NCBI GenBank assembly: GCA_024626585.2
Contig: JANKJI020000002.1
Span: 222,196,599 to 222,217,922 of the forward strand
Origin: Ginkgo biloba
Lineage: Eukaryota > Plantae > Ginkgophyta
Direction of reading: 5' to 3'
DNA length: 21,324 nt
The notes beneath the pieces were generated by a model. That model saw nothing but the letters and a program-made list of their open reading frames with translations, had not been told where the DNA came from and searched no databases. Numbering within the stretch: the stretch's first letter is position 1; each line of letters starts with the position of its first letter. A program made the position numbers and the translations under genes. This document shows, piece after piece, positions 1 through 10,751 of the stretch.

Positions 1-172
1 TTACATAATTCCACTTATATAAATACCTATACCGGGAAGACATATTGATGAGGATTGAATGAGAAATTGAAGGTAGACAAATTCTACCAAAAAAATCTCT
101 ATATTTTGTGTTTGTTCATTTCTTAATTTGTTTAAATGTGGTATATGAGAAATTATGATATATATTCTTATA
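1..172 (+). mobile_element. 3' part of a 5' LTR (probably Ty1/Copia-like), truncated by the window start
   Basis: Lies immediately upstream of a perfect PBS and contains TATATAAATA (16-25). It ends ...TTCTTATA, where the canonical terminal CA appears decayed to TA. Confidence 0.6.
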
Positions 173-174
173 TG

Positions 175-186
175 TGGTATCAGAGC
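175..186 (+). promoter_or_regulatory. Primer binding site complementary to the 3' end of initiator tRNA-Met
   Basis: Exact TGGTATCAGAGC, the standard plant LTR-retrotransposon tRNAiMet PBS. Confidence 0.85.
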
Positions 187-592
187 AATTGAAAGATAAA
201 TTATTATTGAGGAGAGAAATAAAGGATGTGTAGATTGTTGGGACTAAGAAAATGTGGACGATGTGAATTAAAGTTTGGAACACATGTAGATAAAGATTGC
301 TATGAGTCTAGAAACTTATGTGGTAGTTGCAACTTATGAGGTAGGAATTGCTTGACCATAGACAAAGGTACATACAAACTAGAAATACATTAGGATAACC
401 CTTGAGATGAAAAATCATTAGAGGCATGCTAATGAATATCTTTAACAGTGCCTAGGTCATTATTTCAATAAAAATAAATGTTGTCAAAGTTGTAAGATTC
501 AAAAAGTTTTGTTGAGAATATTGTTCACCCTAAGGGAGATGCAAAAATTCTAGGAGTGGAATGTTCAAACATTAAACTTGTGAACTAGTTGT

Positions 593-601
593 GAGGGGGA
601 G
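593..601 (+). promoter_or_regulatory. Polypurine-tract-like motif
   Basis: GAGGGGGAG, the typical Copia PPT form. TGTTGG follows 12 nt later (614) rather than immediately, so the call is tentative. Confidence 0.35.
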
Positions 602-1970
602 TAACATCATAAGTGTTGGCAATAAAAATCCCCACCAAGCTCCTATTGGCATGTTGCAAGAGAGATTCACACCAACAAATTCAATTTAAATTGAAATTCA
701 ATTGTTAACTTAAAATTAAAATGAATTCAACTCGACCCCCTTTTAAAATCATGGGGTTGCCTTAATGTTGGGGTGGACTCGAGATCAGAACTATGAAACA
801 TATTTAGGTGAAATAGGGTAGAATGAGTGGTCACAACTTGGTAGTTGATCAAGGGGTCATGATTTTAATTATTTTTATGACCCATAACCTCCACTCATAT
901 AATGATTGCTACCAAACCTCTTTTAATAAAAGATAGGGTCCAATGACCCAATGAGAAATTAAAAGAGCACTAACCCTTCTCCCTTATTCATAACTTATTT
1001 AACTTTATGAAATTTTCTAATAATGATACATGAACTAAGAGGCCACCCAATGGCCCTTAATTAAACCCTCTTATAACTAAGAGACTCTCAATACATTCGA
1101 CCCTAAAGNNNNNNNNNNNNNNNNNNNNNNNNNNNNNNNNNNNNNNNNNNNNNNNNNNNNNNNNNNNNNNNNNNNNNNNNNNNNNNNNNNNNNNNNNNNN
1201 NNNNNNNNATAGTTGTTTAAGCTGGTATCTTGAAATTAGGCTTTAACTACTAGAAAAAAATAGTTACATCATTACGTGTTTAAAATCCAAATGAGATTAG
1301 TATTTTTTTTATTTTAGAATGATTTTTCTAATTATGTAAAATAACTTTTAGAAACTAGTAGAGATAATGGGGAAAAAATATTAGTTTCTTCAGTACACAT
1401 GTAGAAACCCTAAAAATTAGCTAAAAAATTATATTATCTTATAAGAATGATTATGATGCCATCCATTAATTAGTTTTTCTTTGACATAGATGAATAAGGT
1501 GTAGAAATCTATCAATTTTCCAAATCTAAAAAAATCTAGATATTTATAATTTTTGTGCTAAAAATATTGCAATTATAGTTACACCCTTAAAGTGACCTCA
1601 GAACTTTGGTTAAAATAATAGTAAGATTTTTAAAGGCATTCTAAACTTGGATCAACTCAAGTTTCTTTTTGAATTTGTGTTCCTTATCGAATAATTTAAA
1701 GATAAATAAAGAATTCTCTAAAGTATATCAAGTTTGTCCTTTTTTTATGAAATCCTTCAAAAATGGATGAAAAAGGACTTGAAATTTAATTTAATGCCAA
1801 TCACCCTTTTAAAGATCTTCTAAACTCGAAATCAATTTTTTTTCCTAGCTATCTTGACTTGCTCTTTAAAATATACACAGAAATCATAAAATTTTGATGT
1901 TTTTAATTAAAAATTTAATGGATTTATGTCATACCTCCCTAAGAAAATGAAACTTGGATCTAATACTACT

Positions 1971-2357
1971 TGTAGTGAACCTTCAGGGTTTAATTTCTCA
2001 AATTGACCATAACTTAATATAAATCCACAAATAACAACATTAGAAATATAAACAATCTACTGTGCAATAAGATTTTTATACTTTATAAGAAAATATACCA
2101 CAATACAAAATCACAAAGGTACTCATGGAGTCCAAAGGTCCATAAGAGACTATAATGAGTTAAAAGATGTTCTTAAACTCTACAGAGACTCCAAAGTCAT
2201 AATTATAATAAGAAATAATTCTTGAGTGCACTTATATGCTCAAAATGAGCCTCCATAACCCTTTCCCTACCTCTATTTACACCACACCTTGTTATAGTGT
2301 TATTATGGTTACCCTTTCAAACATGAGCCACCACTTACACATACACAATTATCATAG
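1971..2357 (-). mobile_element. Possible LTR fragment (minus orientation), running into a gap
   Basis: Begins TGTAGTGAACC (minus-strand end ...GGTTCACTACA) and has a minus-strand TATA-like TGTAAATAGAGG near 2270-2281. No partner LTR is visible. Confidence 0.3.
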
Positions 2358-2974
2358 NNNNNNNNNNNNNNNNNNNNNNNNNNNNNNNNNNNNNNNNNNN
2401 NNNNNNNNNNNNNNNNNNNNNNNNNNNNNNNNNNNNNNNNNNNNNNNNNNNNNNNNNTACGAAATGTGCTGTGAATTCTTAATTTGCTTCTTTATGCTGT
2501 GAATTACATTAAACAAAAATGTCGTGGAATTTAAATCCACCACCAAACTATGAAATGCTCGACGTCATGTGGAATTTTTGAGACACCAATGACCCAGAAT
2601 TTTGCGAAGCCGAAATTTTTATACAATATATTTTGAAGACAATATTTAAATATTTTTTTTACATTTGACACCTAATAATTTAGTAGTATAGATAAGTAAA
2701 ATCATTATAGAATGTGCATGCTTGTTTAATATAGCAAGGTAATGATCCTATGTGATGATTTTAGCATATAAGGAGGAATATCTCCATGGAAGTCAAGACA
2801 AAATGTTCATGAGTAAGCTTGGTTGAATATGCAAAAAGAAATGTAAGTTGTCAAGGTATTAACATTTTAGTTCCCATATAGTAAAAGCCATCCACATGCA
2901 TAACCCTAATACACATCATCATACTATCTAACTAGAAAACACTTGCATTTTGCATTGAGTTCATTTTTTAGGAT

Positions 2975-3391
2975 GTATCATCCGATCGACACGGGAGGAC
3001 GGGGAGAATAAGGAATAGATAGAAATCAGAGAATGGGGGATATGATATAAACGAGAGGGATAGGAGAATATACAGGAATGAGAGGGGGGAGGATAGATGG
3101 GAATGGGAGATAAGAGAATAGATAGATAGGCATAAACGAGAGGATTAATATGAAAGACAGGAGAATAANNNNNNNNNNNNNNNNNNNNNNNNNNNNNNNN
3201 NNNNNNNNNNNNNNNNNNNNNTAGGAATGGGAGGCAAGAGGATATATGTAAAGAGGGGAACACAAATATATACGAACAAACAAAAATGCAAGAATGGGAG
3301 GAAACATGGGAATGAAGGAACAAAAGGATAGATAAGATAAGCGATGAAATACCCAGATAATAATACCCCCCCCCACCCTAGCTCGCCAACA
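2975..3391. repeat. Purine-rich low-complexity island with TG...CA ends (solo-LTR-like)
   Basis: The + strand is strongly G/A-rich with recurring GGAGAATA, GAATGGGAG and ATAAACGAGAGG (twice). It starts TGTATC, ends CCAACA and retains CpGs. There is an internal 53-N gap and no TSD. Confidence 0.4.
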
Positions 3392-3470
3392 GATGAAATA
3401 GTTGTCTATGGAAATTATTTATCACACGTAATAGACTAGTGCATACTAATTATTTCTTAGGTTTCATAAA

Positions 3471-3592
3471 TGCATAAATAGTCTTACTCAATTCAAGATG
3501 CCTATCTCTTCAAGCTACATCACTCTGCATCAATAGTCTTGGTAGATTCAAAATGCCTATCTTTTCAAGCTATATTATTGTGCATCAATAAT
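3471..3592. repeat. Tandem repeat, 55-bp period, about 2.2 copies
   Basis: TGCAT(A/C)AATA recurs at 3471, 3526 and 3581, and ATTCAA(G/A)ATGCCTATCT(C/T)TTCAAGCTA recurs at 3491 and 3546. Confidence 0.85.
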
Positions 3593-3683
3593 ATTGACAC
3601 ACTTTTTACATCCATATCATTATGGTCTGATGATTAATATATTATGGGTTGTTGGGAGGAAATTATGGTCGAGGGATGAGGAG

Positions 3684-4686
3684 TGTGTTGGAAAACATTA
3701 GGAGAAACTTAGAGAAATGGAGAAGACTTACATTTCACATACAAAGATTTGTTCACACAATAAAAAGGCTTCTTGTATTAAATGAAAATATCTCAATACA
3801 AGTTCTCACAAAATATGTGGGAACAAAATTCCACACTAAATCTCTCACATAAACTCTTCCTCTATATGTTGAGAGAANNNNNNNNNNNNNNNNNNNNNNN
3901 NNNNNNNNNNNNNNNNNNNNNNNNNNNNNNNNNNNNNNNNNNNNNNNNNNNNNNNNNNNNNNNNNNNNNNNNNNNNNTCACCCACTACCAGAACCTTCTT
4001 TACCTGTTGCTCCCTCCAATTATTTGTAAGTTGCCCACAAATAGTCAAGATTGTGAACCTCTTTCAATGCACTTATTTTCCTCTATAAAGATGTACAAAC
4101 TAGAAATAAAACCATTCATAATATTCTTCATGGAGTTTTATTTCATAAAGTTTTCTGGTCTTCGCATGAGCTTCCCTTTCTTAAGAATTTATTTGTATAC
4201 TTTACTTCCCATGCACAAATGACTCATCAATACTTAACACCTTCCATAGTCACATTAAATAAGACTAAGATCCTTTTCATAACTTAATATGCTTTAGGGA
4301 CACTTATCACCTTCCAAATTCATATTAGAATAAGACATTCAACCAAAAAAGTTAAAAAAAAATAAGTTTAATCACTTTTTATACCATGTGACTACAGGTA
4401 AAATGTTAAAGGCTAATAAAATATCATTTTTTCCATCATTTCATGTGACCAAGAGGGTTAAGCATGATATTTAAGAACCTTTTAAAGATACATGTGGTCA
4501 CAATCAGATAAAAGATTAAAAATGGCCTAAAAATACCTTTAGGACATGTGACCAGGGGATTAATCTTTCAGGGATAAAGGATATACTTAAAGAAGTTTTC
4601 AAAATGAATTAATTAAATAAAAAATTTGGGAATATATATATATATTTTTAAAAAGTTTGAATTCATAGGGTTTCTTTCCCGACACA
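3684..4686 (-). mobile_element. LTR-like segment bounded by short terminal inverted repeats (spans a 100-N gap)
   Basis: Left end TGTGTTGGAAAA versus reverse complement of the right end TGTGTCGGGAAA (10/12, both mismatches transitions). CATGTG(A/G) motifs recur at 4385, 4442, 4491 and 4545. No TSD match. Confidence 0.4.
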
Positions 4687-5282
4687 CAATGCTTGTGCAA
4701 CTTCAACAAATGACGAGTGGTTCATAATAGGTCTATGGCAAGATTTAATGATTGATAGCTTAGAATAACTTGCAAATAATTTTCACGATGGAATCTTAGA
4801 TAGACTATGTAATTTCATACAAATACTATGGATTTTTCATCCTGAATCTTCTCATGGGGCCATTTCAATTATTCGATCACTTAGAAGAACTCATACCACC
4901 TATGTAGTGTTCTATTATAAGCTTTTCGACATTCATTTTTTACATTTGAACCTTAAAGTCCATTTATTTAGCAAAGACCATGATGATGTAGATAGCATTT
5001 AAAAATATCTTTCCCCACAATGAGTGAGATGCCAACAAACTCATTGGTGAATAGAACCAATCTAAGGTATTTATGAAGAATAAAAGGAATCCATAATTAC
5101 ATAGCTAATAGTGTAAAAAAATATTATAAAGAGAGGTCACCCTAGTTTTAAAAAAATATGCCAGATATTTTTGTCGATGAGGGAGGTCACTATAGTTTTA
5201 ATGAACCCAACACAAACTTCCAATAGCAAAAAAATATTCATGCACAAATATAAGATATTAAAATCCATAAGATAAATCTAGC

Positions 5283-5488
5283 AAATGAGAAACAAGAGAA
5301 AAATTCCAACAATAAAAATTTGATAAAAGAAGTTCATCAATGATGGAAAGTGATAAAGAAGGACATCTGATAATAAATATTGGTAAGGAGGTCATTGAAC
5401 AATTAGTTCTCAAACATACACAACTAATATGTCCTCAAAATGAGAATTAAGAGAAAAAAAATCCAATAAAAAAATTGATAAAGGAAGT
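5283..5488. repeat. Direct repeat of about 50 bp at 155-bp spacing
   Basis: AAATGAGAA..AAGAGAAAAA...TTGATAAA.GAAGT occurs at 5283-5333 and 5438-5488; the second copy runs into a gap. Confidence 0.65.
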
Positions 5489-5588
5489 NNNNNNNNNNNN
5501 NNNNNNNNNNNNNNNNNNNNNNNNNNNNNNNNNNNNNNNNNNNNNNNNNNNNNNNNNNNNNNNNNNNNNNNNNNNNNNNNNNNNNNNN

Positions 5589-6483
5589 TAAAACTATTAC
5601 CTTAGTCACAATAGTAAGTTCATATTTTAAAACTACGTACATAGAAATCCATAATCCAATTTAACCATCATAAATACAAAGAATACGTATAGATATATCC
5701 ATGACCTAATAACCATCATAGATAATTTTTATAAGGAAAATAACGATGGGGGAATGATTATCTTGGGTACCAAATATTCGACATCCGAATATATGCTTAA
5801 TTTCTTATAAGAGGCATAAAAAACTTCAGACTCCCACAACTACTACCATTCATCAATCATCTATGATAAGGAAGATAGAATTAATGAAATAATCAAGGAT
5901 GGAATATCAAAAGTTAATAAATAAGATGAATTATAAGAAGGACAAATTATCATAAATTTTCTAGTAAATCACCAACTATTGATAATACAACAAGTTTCAA
6001 TATTCGAGCATTCTTCTCCAATATGGAGTGCAAAATAATATTGTGAAGAATGCATCAGGGCATAAACATAATAAGTGATTTGGAAACAAGGAAAGTGAGA
6101 TGCATTACTTACACATACATTAAGAGGACAATGATTCACATTGTACTTAGCATATGGAATGGAATCAAGAGACTGGTCCAAATTACAATAGAAATTTTAG
6201 TTACATTTCAATGAAAGATTACTAACACTACCCAAATATGATAATAAAATATCAGTTGTGGAGCATATTAAGAAATGAAGAAAGGATTGGAAAAAACATA
6301 ATATATTGAGGAAAGAATAGAGTTATTATTTGAACCATGCGTTAGCAAGAAATATGTAAAATTGGTATTGCAAATAAGAGATGGATAAGTCAATCATATG
6401 GGAAGCTTTAATAATAAACTTCGATAAATGCACCACTCAACTAAAAATTAAGAGAGTAGAGTATGTGCCAGATAGAATATTAC
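5589..6483 (+). pseudogene. Decayed Ty3/Gypsy gag-like reading frame (retrotransposon capsid-like modules)
   Basis: One frame (that of ORF 6381..6602) reads ...CEECIRA*...LLTHTLRGQ*FTLYLAYGMESRDWSKLQ*KF...LPKYDNKISVVEHIKK*RKDWKKHNILRKE*SYYLNHALARNM*NWYCK*EMDKSIIWEALIINF. This matches the gag pattern LP-Y-...H...W...HTL...NWY...W..L..NF. The stops are explainable as CAA/TGG transitions. Confidence 0.55.
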
Positions 6484-6973
6484 ANNNNNNNNNNNNNNNN
6501 NNNNNNNNNNNNNNNNNNNNNNNNNNNNNNNNNNNNNNNNNNNNNNNNNNNNNNNNNNNNNNNNNNNNNNNNNNNNACCATGAAAATGGCTCAATTTTCT
6601 AAAAATTATACAAAAGTAGAATTTGGAGAGTGCATATTCAACAAGAAACATAATATTATGAAGAATGCATCAAGGCATAAACATAATAAGTGATTTAGAA
6701 ACAAGGAAAGTGAGATGCATTACTTCCACATACATTAAGAGGATAATAATTCACATGGTACTTAGCATATAGAATGGAATTAAGAGACTGATCCAAATTA
6801 CAACAAAAAATTTAGTTAGATTTCGATGAAAGCTTGCTAACGCTACCCACATATGATAATAAAATATCAGTTATGGAGCATATTAAGTAATGAAGAAAGG
6901 ATTGGAAAAAACACAATATATTGAGGAAAGAATAGAGTTATTGTTCAGACCATGCGTTAGTAGGAAATATGTA
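6036..6973 (+). repeat. 323-bp direct duplication (6036-6358 and 6651-6973) within the gag-like frame
   Basis: Ungapped alignment at offset 615 with about 28 mismatches by manual count (about 91% identity). Confidence 0.95.
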
Positions 6974-7073
6974 NNNNNNNNNNNNNNNNNNNNNNNNNNN
7001 NNNNNNNNNNNNNNNNNNNNNNNNNNNNNNNNNNNNNNNNNNNNNNNNNNNNNNNNNNNNNNNNNNNNNNNNN

Positions 7074-7461
7074 ATTGATAATAATTACTATTTATTTATT
7101 TTAATTGATAATAATTAGAATTTGTTTACTATAATTATGGGGTATACCGATTCAATTGCAGTATCACCTCCTTTAAGGATCATAACCCTTTGATACTTAT
7201 TTATTATAGGTCATTTTGAGGAAAATAATAATCAATCAATAATATAATCAATTATTCAAAGAAATATACATTATTTCTATCTTTGTTATAAATAGTAAGC
7301 ATTTTAATTCTGTGATAGGAAATATTGTACTCAATGAGAGTCATTCTTCAGTAAATTACTTCTCTATGTTGATTTATACATAATATTGATATGAATCTAA
7401 CTATGCATTATTATCTTTAGAGTTTCAAGCATTGCAATCGATGGTTGAAACCACTCTAACA
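7074..7461 (+). mobile_element. Possible LTR 3' fragment
   Basis: TATAAATAG box near 7287, and the segment ends GGTTGAAACCACTCTAACA just before LINE-derived sequence. No partner LTR is visible. Confidence 0.3.
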
Positions 7462-7549
7462 TAGAGTTGTTGGTGAGATAAACAACCCCATTATTAGGTC
7501 ATAGTAGTGCTTGATTAACTATGATGACTCTATTATTGTAATATTCACT

Positions 7550-8612
7550 AGGACAATAATGTTTCAGTCCACATTATCCCAATTTCCTAATTACCAAGAT
7601 TCACTCATTCAAGCCCCTAAGGCAGTATTAAAGTCCTTTAGAATCATATCCATCAATTTTATTTAGTCTCCTGACATAGGAGAGAAGGAAACCTATAGGC
7701 CATTAGGATGGGATAAGGTGACATCACTAGTTTGGAAAGGAGGTCTTGGAATAAGAGATCTATATCTATTAGCTGATGTCAAGGGAGTAAAAAGGTTCTA
7801 GGAATTCCTATGAGAAGATCAAAGAAAGTGGAAGGAGGCACTCTTCAATAAATATTATTATGATATGCCTAGATAGGACATGATAAGGGGTACTCAATAA
7901 AAAAGGATAGGATTTGATGCATGGAGACATATAGTAAAGAATTGGGATAAAATTATAGGGAAAATATTTCTCTCATGAGGGCATCAATGTAGAAAAAATA
8001 ATTTTTGGAGTGACAAATGGATTGGCCCTAAGCATACACCCTTTTTACATAGATTAGAATACTAAAAAATTAAGGAACATTGTGTAATAATGGGGTTCAT
8101 AAAAGTATCTAATTTCTTTGACTTTGAAAATAAAAAATGGAAGAAAATCTCTACGTTGGTAGAAAATTAAAATGGATTTGTTGAATTCCATTTGCTAAGG
8201 GTGGTAAACACACTAAATGAGGAATTAAACCATACTTGTACATTTAAAATTAGAAAAATCAGTATTGGCCAAATAAGAAGGGATAAGATATGGTTCAAAA
8301 GTGTTTATATTTGAATCAAGGAAGTTTTATGAAATCCATAAGAGAATGAAAACAATAAGAGATTTACCTTACCCAATAAGGTGAAACTAGATCTGGTGGA
8401 AGTGTAACCAAAATAAACATAACTGTGTGCATTAGAGGTTGTCTCATAAATAGTTTTTTTTTGTATATATAATTCAAATATGGGAATTTATTAGGCCCAC
8501 ATATTATCATATGTGTAAGAGGGAACAATTCAATCTAACCCACCTCTAGTGGTAATGTCCAAACATCAAGAAATAATGGCAATAAATTCTAGAGATATTC
8601 TTTATTGAATAG
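7550..8612 (+). mobile_element. L1-clade LINE ORF2 remnant: post-RT region plus zf-RVT zinc finger (copy 1)
   Basis: The frame from 7550 reads RTIMFQSTLSQFPNYQDSLIQAPKAVLK...GWDKVTSLVWKGGLGIRDL...W...NKY...AWRHI...NNFWSDKWIG, the classic plant L1 'W.KV..PK..GGLG.RDL' and 'FW.D.W.G' motifs. A decayed zf-RVT follows in another frame at about 8380-8612. Many stops. Confidence 0.88.
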
Positions 8613-8660
8613 TGTTGACTCCAAATTATGCCCACTCAGCCATGACAGGATGGTGCCAAG
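8613..8660 (+). mobile_element. Probable start of an LTR element inserted in the LINE
   Basis: Homology to LINE copy 2 stops abruptly at 8612 and the next bases are TGTTGAC, an LTR-type terminus. The segment then runs into a gap. Confidence 0.4.
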
Positions 8661-8837
8661 NNNNNNNNNNNNNNNNNNNNNNNNNNNNNNNNNNNNNNNN
8701 NNNNNNNNNNNNNNNNNNNNNNNNNNNNNNNNNNNNNNNNNNNNNNNNNNNNNNNNNNNNTTCATCCTAAGGACTTATTACTTCTATACAATAGAAATTA
8801 TAAAAACATGAAAGAATAAAAAAACCATAGAATGTGG

Positions 8838-9083
8838 CCTTACCCAATAAGGTGGAATTGGATCTAGTGGAAGTATAACCAAAATAAACACAACCATGTG
8901 CATTAGAGGTTAGCCCACAAGGATTTTGTGTTTGCAAATACAATTCAAAGATGGGGAGTTGTTGGTCCCATAGTTTGTCATATGTGTAAGAGGGGTCAAT
9001 TGGATCTAATCCACCTCTGGTGGCAATGTCCAAACATTAGGCAGTAATGGCAGTCAATTTTGGGGATATTCCTTATTGAATAG
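8838..9083 (+). mobile_element. L1-clade LINE ORF2 zf-RVT remnant (copy 2)
   Basis: The frame from 8853 reads WNWI*WKYNQNKHNHVH*RLAHKDF...QRWGVVGPIVCHMCKRGQLDLIHLWWQCPNIRQ*W, giving C-x2-C-x8-H-x4-C. It aligns to 8367-8612 at offset 471. Confidence 0.85.
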
Positions 9084-10464
9084 GAGAGCTACTTGTTGGA
9101 TGAGAATCCTGCTTTAATCCATCCTTTTCTAGTCAACAGGTCTTGGGAAGGAAAATTTGAATGGTTTTCTAATGAAACCAACTTATAGATCATATAGTGG
9201 GTGGTGTTCAAAATTTCCATGTATATAATCTAGATAATACAGAATCAGACTTATGTTAATGTAAGGGAGTTCAACACAAATCAAATATTATAAAGGAATA
9301 TAAACCAAGATCATGCATGGATTACAAATTTAGAGTTAAGGGATATAATATATAAATTACCAAGCTCTAACCCTTATATAAGAGCAACCTATCTCGTCAA
9401 CCCACTTTCTTTGGTGAAAATATAGAAGCTCATCTTAATCCTAAGGATCATAAGAGATAACTCTTCACTGAAGTGCACTAAATTTTTTCACTCTTGATAA
9501 AGGTCATAAGGTATCATATATCATAATTTCCATTTAAAGTGATTAAGTGAGTTATTAGGTTTCCTCTTCTAGGGATCCTTTCTAGTTCACAGAGGCTTTA
9601 ACTTAGATTGGTCTATTCTGAGGATTTCTCCTTGAATTGATGTAATTTTTTTAATCAAGGCCATACAATCCACTTTTAATCTAACAAAAAAACTTGGAAA
9701 AGAACAAAGTTACTACAGTAAAAAGTATCTTTTAATGCATAATTTATCATTTAATTCCCACTTAAGAGTAGTAACCTATCTTTGTATTGAATTTGGGTCA
9801 TATTATTATGTTCATATCTAGTTCTCANNNNNNNNNNNNNNNNNNNNNNNNNNNNNNNNNNNNNNNNNNNNNNNNNNNNNNNNNNNNNNNNNNNNNNNNN
9901 NNNNNNNNNNNNNNNNNNNNNNNNNNNNNNNNNNNNNNNACTTTGTGTTTAAACATGTGGCTGCGTTAAAAAGAATTATTTATGTTATCTTTTTTATTTG
10001 TGCATATATTGAGGATTATTTAAGTACTAATTATTTTATATACAAAATGACTATTCTTGTATTATTTTTATTTTAAAAAGTGACTTCATTACATTAAAAA
10101 CTTATAATCACAAGAGAAAAAATATAAGGAGTATGATGGCTTATATCATTATCAATTTATCCATTACTAATAGAAGGGGAACAAATAAGCCTATAAATAA
10201 AGAAAAAAAATATACAAAAGGGCCTAGTTGGGTATATAATTAACTTCTAAAAGGATGCTAAAGAAAAGATGCATAATACTAGATTTGATTTATNNNNNNN
10301 NNNNNNNNNNNNNNNNNNNNNNNNNNNNNNNNNNNNNNNNNNNNNNNNNNNNNNNNNNNNNNNNNNNNNNNNNNNNNNNNNNNNNNNNNNNNNATGGGAT
10401 TATAAAATAAACTAAATATTCATTTTAAAATAAATTATAAATGATTATCAAATAAAAATGGATG

Positions 10465-10751
10465 TCTACTACCTCAAGGATATGATAGTCACTTGGTTAC
10501 AATAATAAACATGATCCCTTAAACAAAAGTTTTATCTCAATAAATTTTATTTATCTTAGTCATGAAAATTTTTGTGACTTAATAAAACTATAAATTAATT
10601 ATAAATACGTGGAATTATTCTCTTCCACTACTCTATAAATTTTAGATACTAGAGACACCAAAATACTTCACAACTTTGTTACTAGGTAAGAACCTAGAGT
10701 CAATACAAAATCCCTCTAAATGCATCAAAAGACATATCTTGAGGTAGTAGA
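10465..10751. repeat. Inverted repeat pair (MITE/MULE-like termini)
   Basis: TCTACTACCTCAAGGATATG (10465-10484) versus CATATCTTGAGGTAGTAGA (10733-10751): 19 matches with one indel. There is a weaker AT-rich extension of about 35 bp outward. Confidence 0.6.

Noticed and set aside
680-695. Perfect 16-bp palindrome TTCAATTTAAATTGAA
   Set aside because: It is almost all A/T in AT-rich DNA and has no supporting context.
823-915. Short interleaved inverted repeats (ATGAGTGG/CCACTCAT, GGGTCAT/ATGACCC, TTGGTAG/CTACCAA)
   Set aside because: The arms are only 7-8 bp and inconsistently nested, so they cannot be distinguished from old repeat debris or chance.
5131-5202. 22-bp direct repeat G.GAGGTCAC..TAGTTTTAA at 50-bp spacing
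   Set aside because: It is real but has only two copies and no interpretable function; likely a local slippage duplication.
8767-9033. 88-aa minus-strand ORF MDIATRGGLDP...
   Set aside because: It is the antisense shadow of the LINE zf-RVT remnant on the + strand.
10740-10751. TGAGGTAGTAGA matches the 5' end of animal let-7 miRNAs
   Set aside because: The match ends after 12 nt, there is no pre-miRNA-sized hairpin, the context is plant-type repeats, and it is simply one arm of the inverted repeat.
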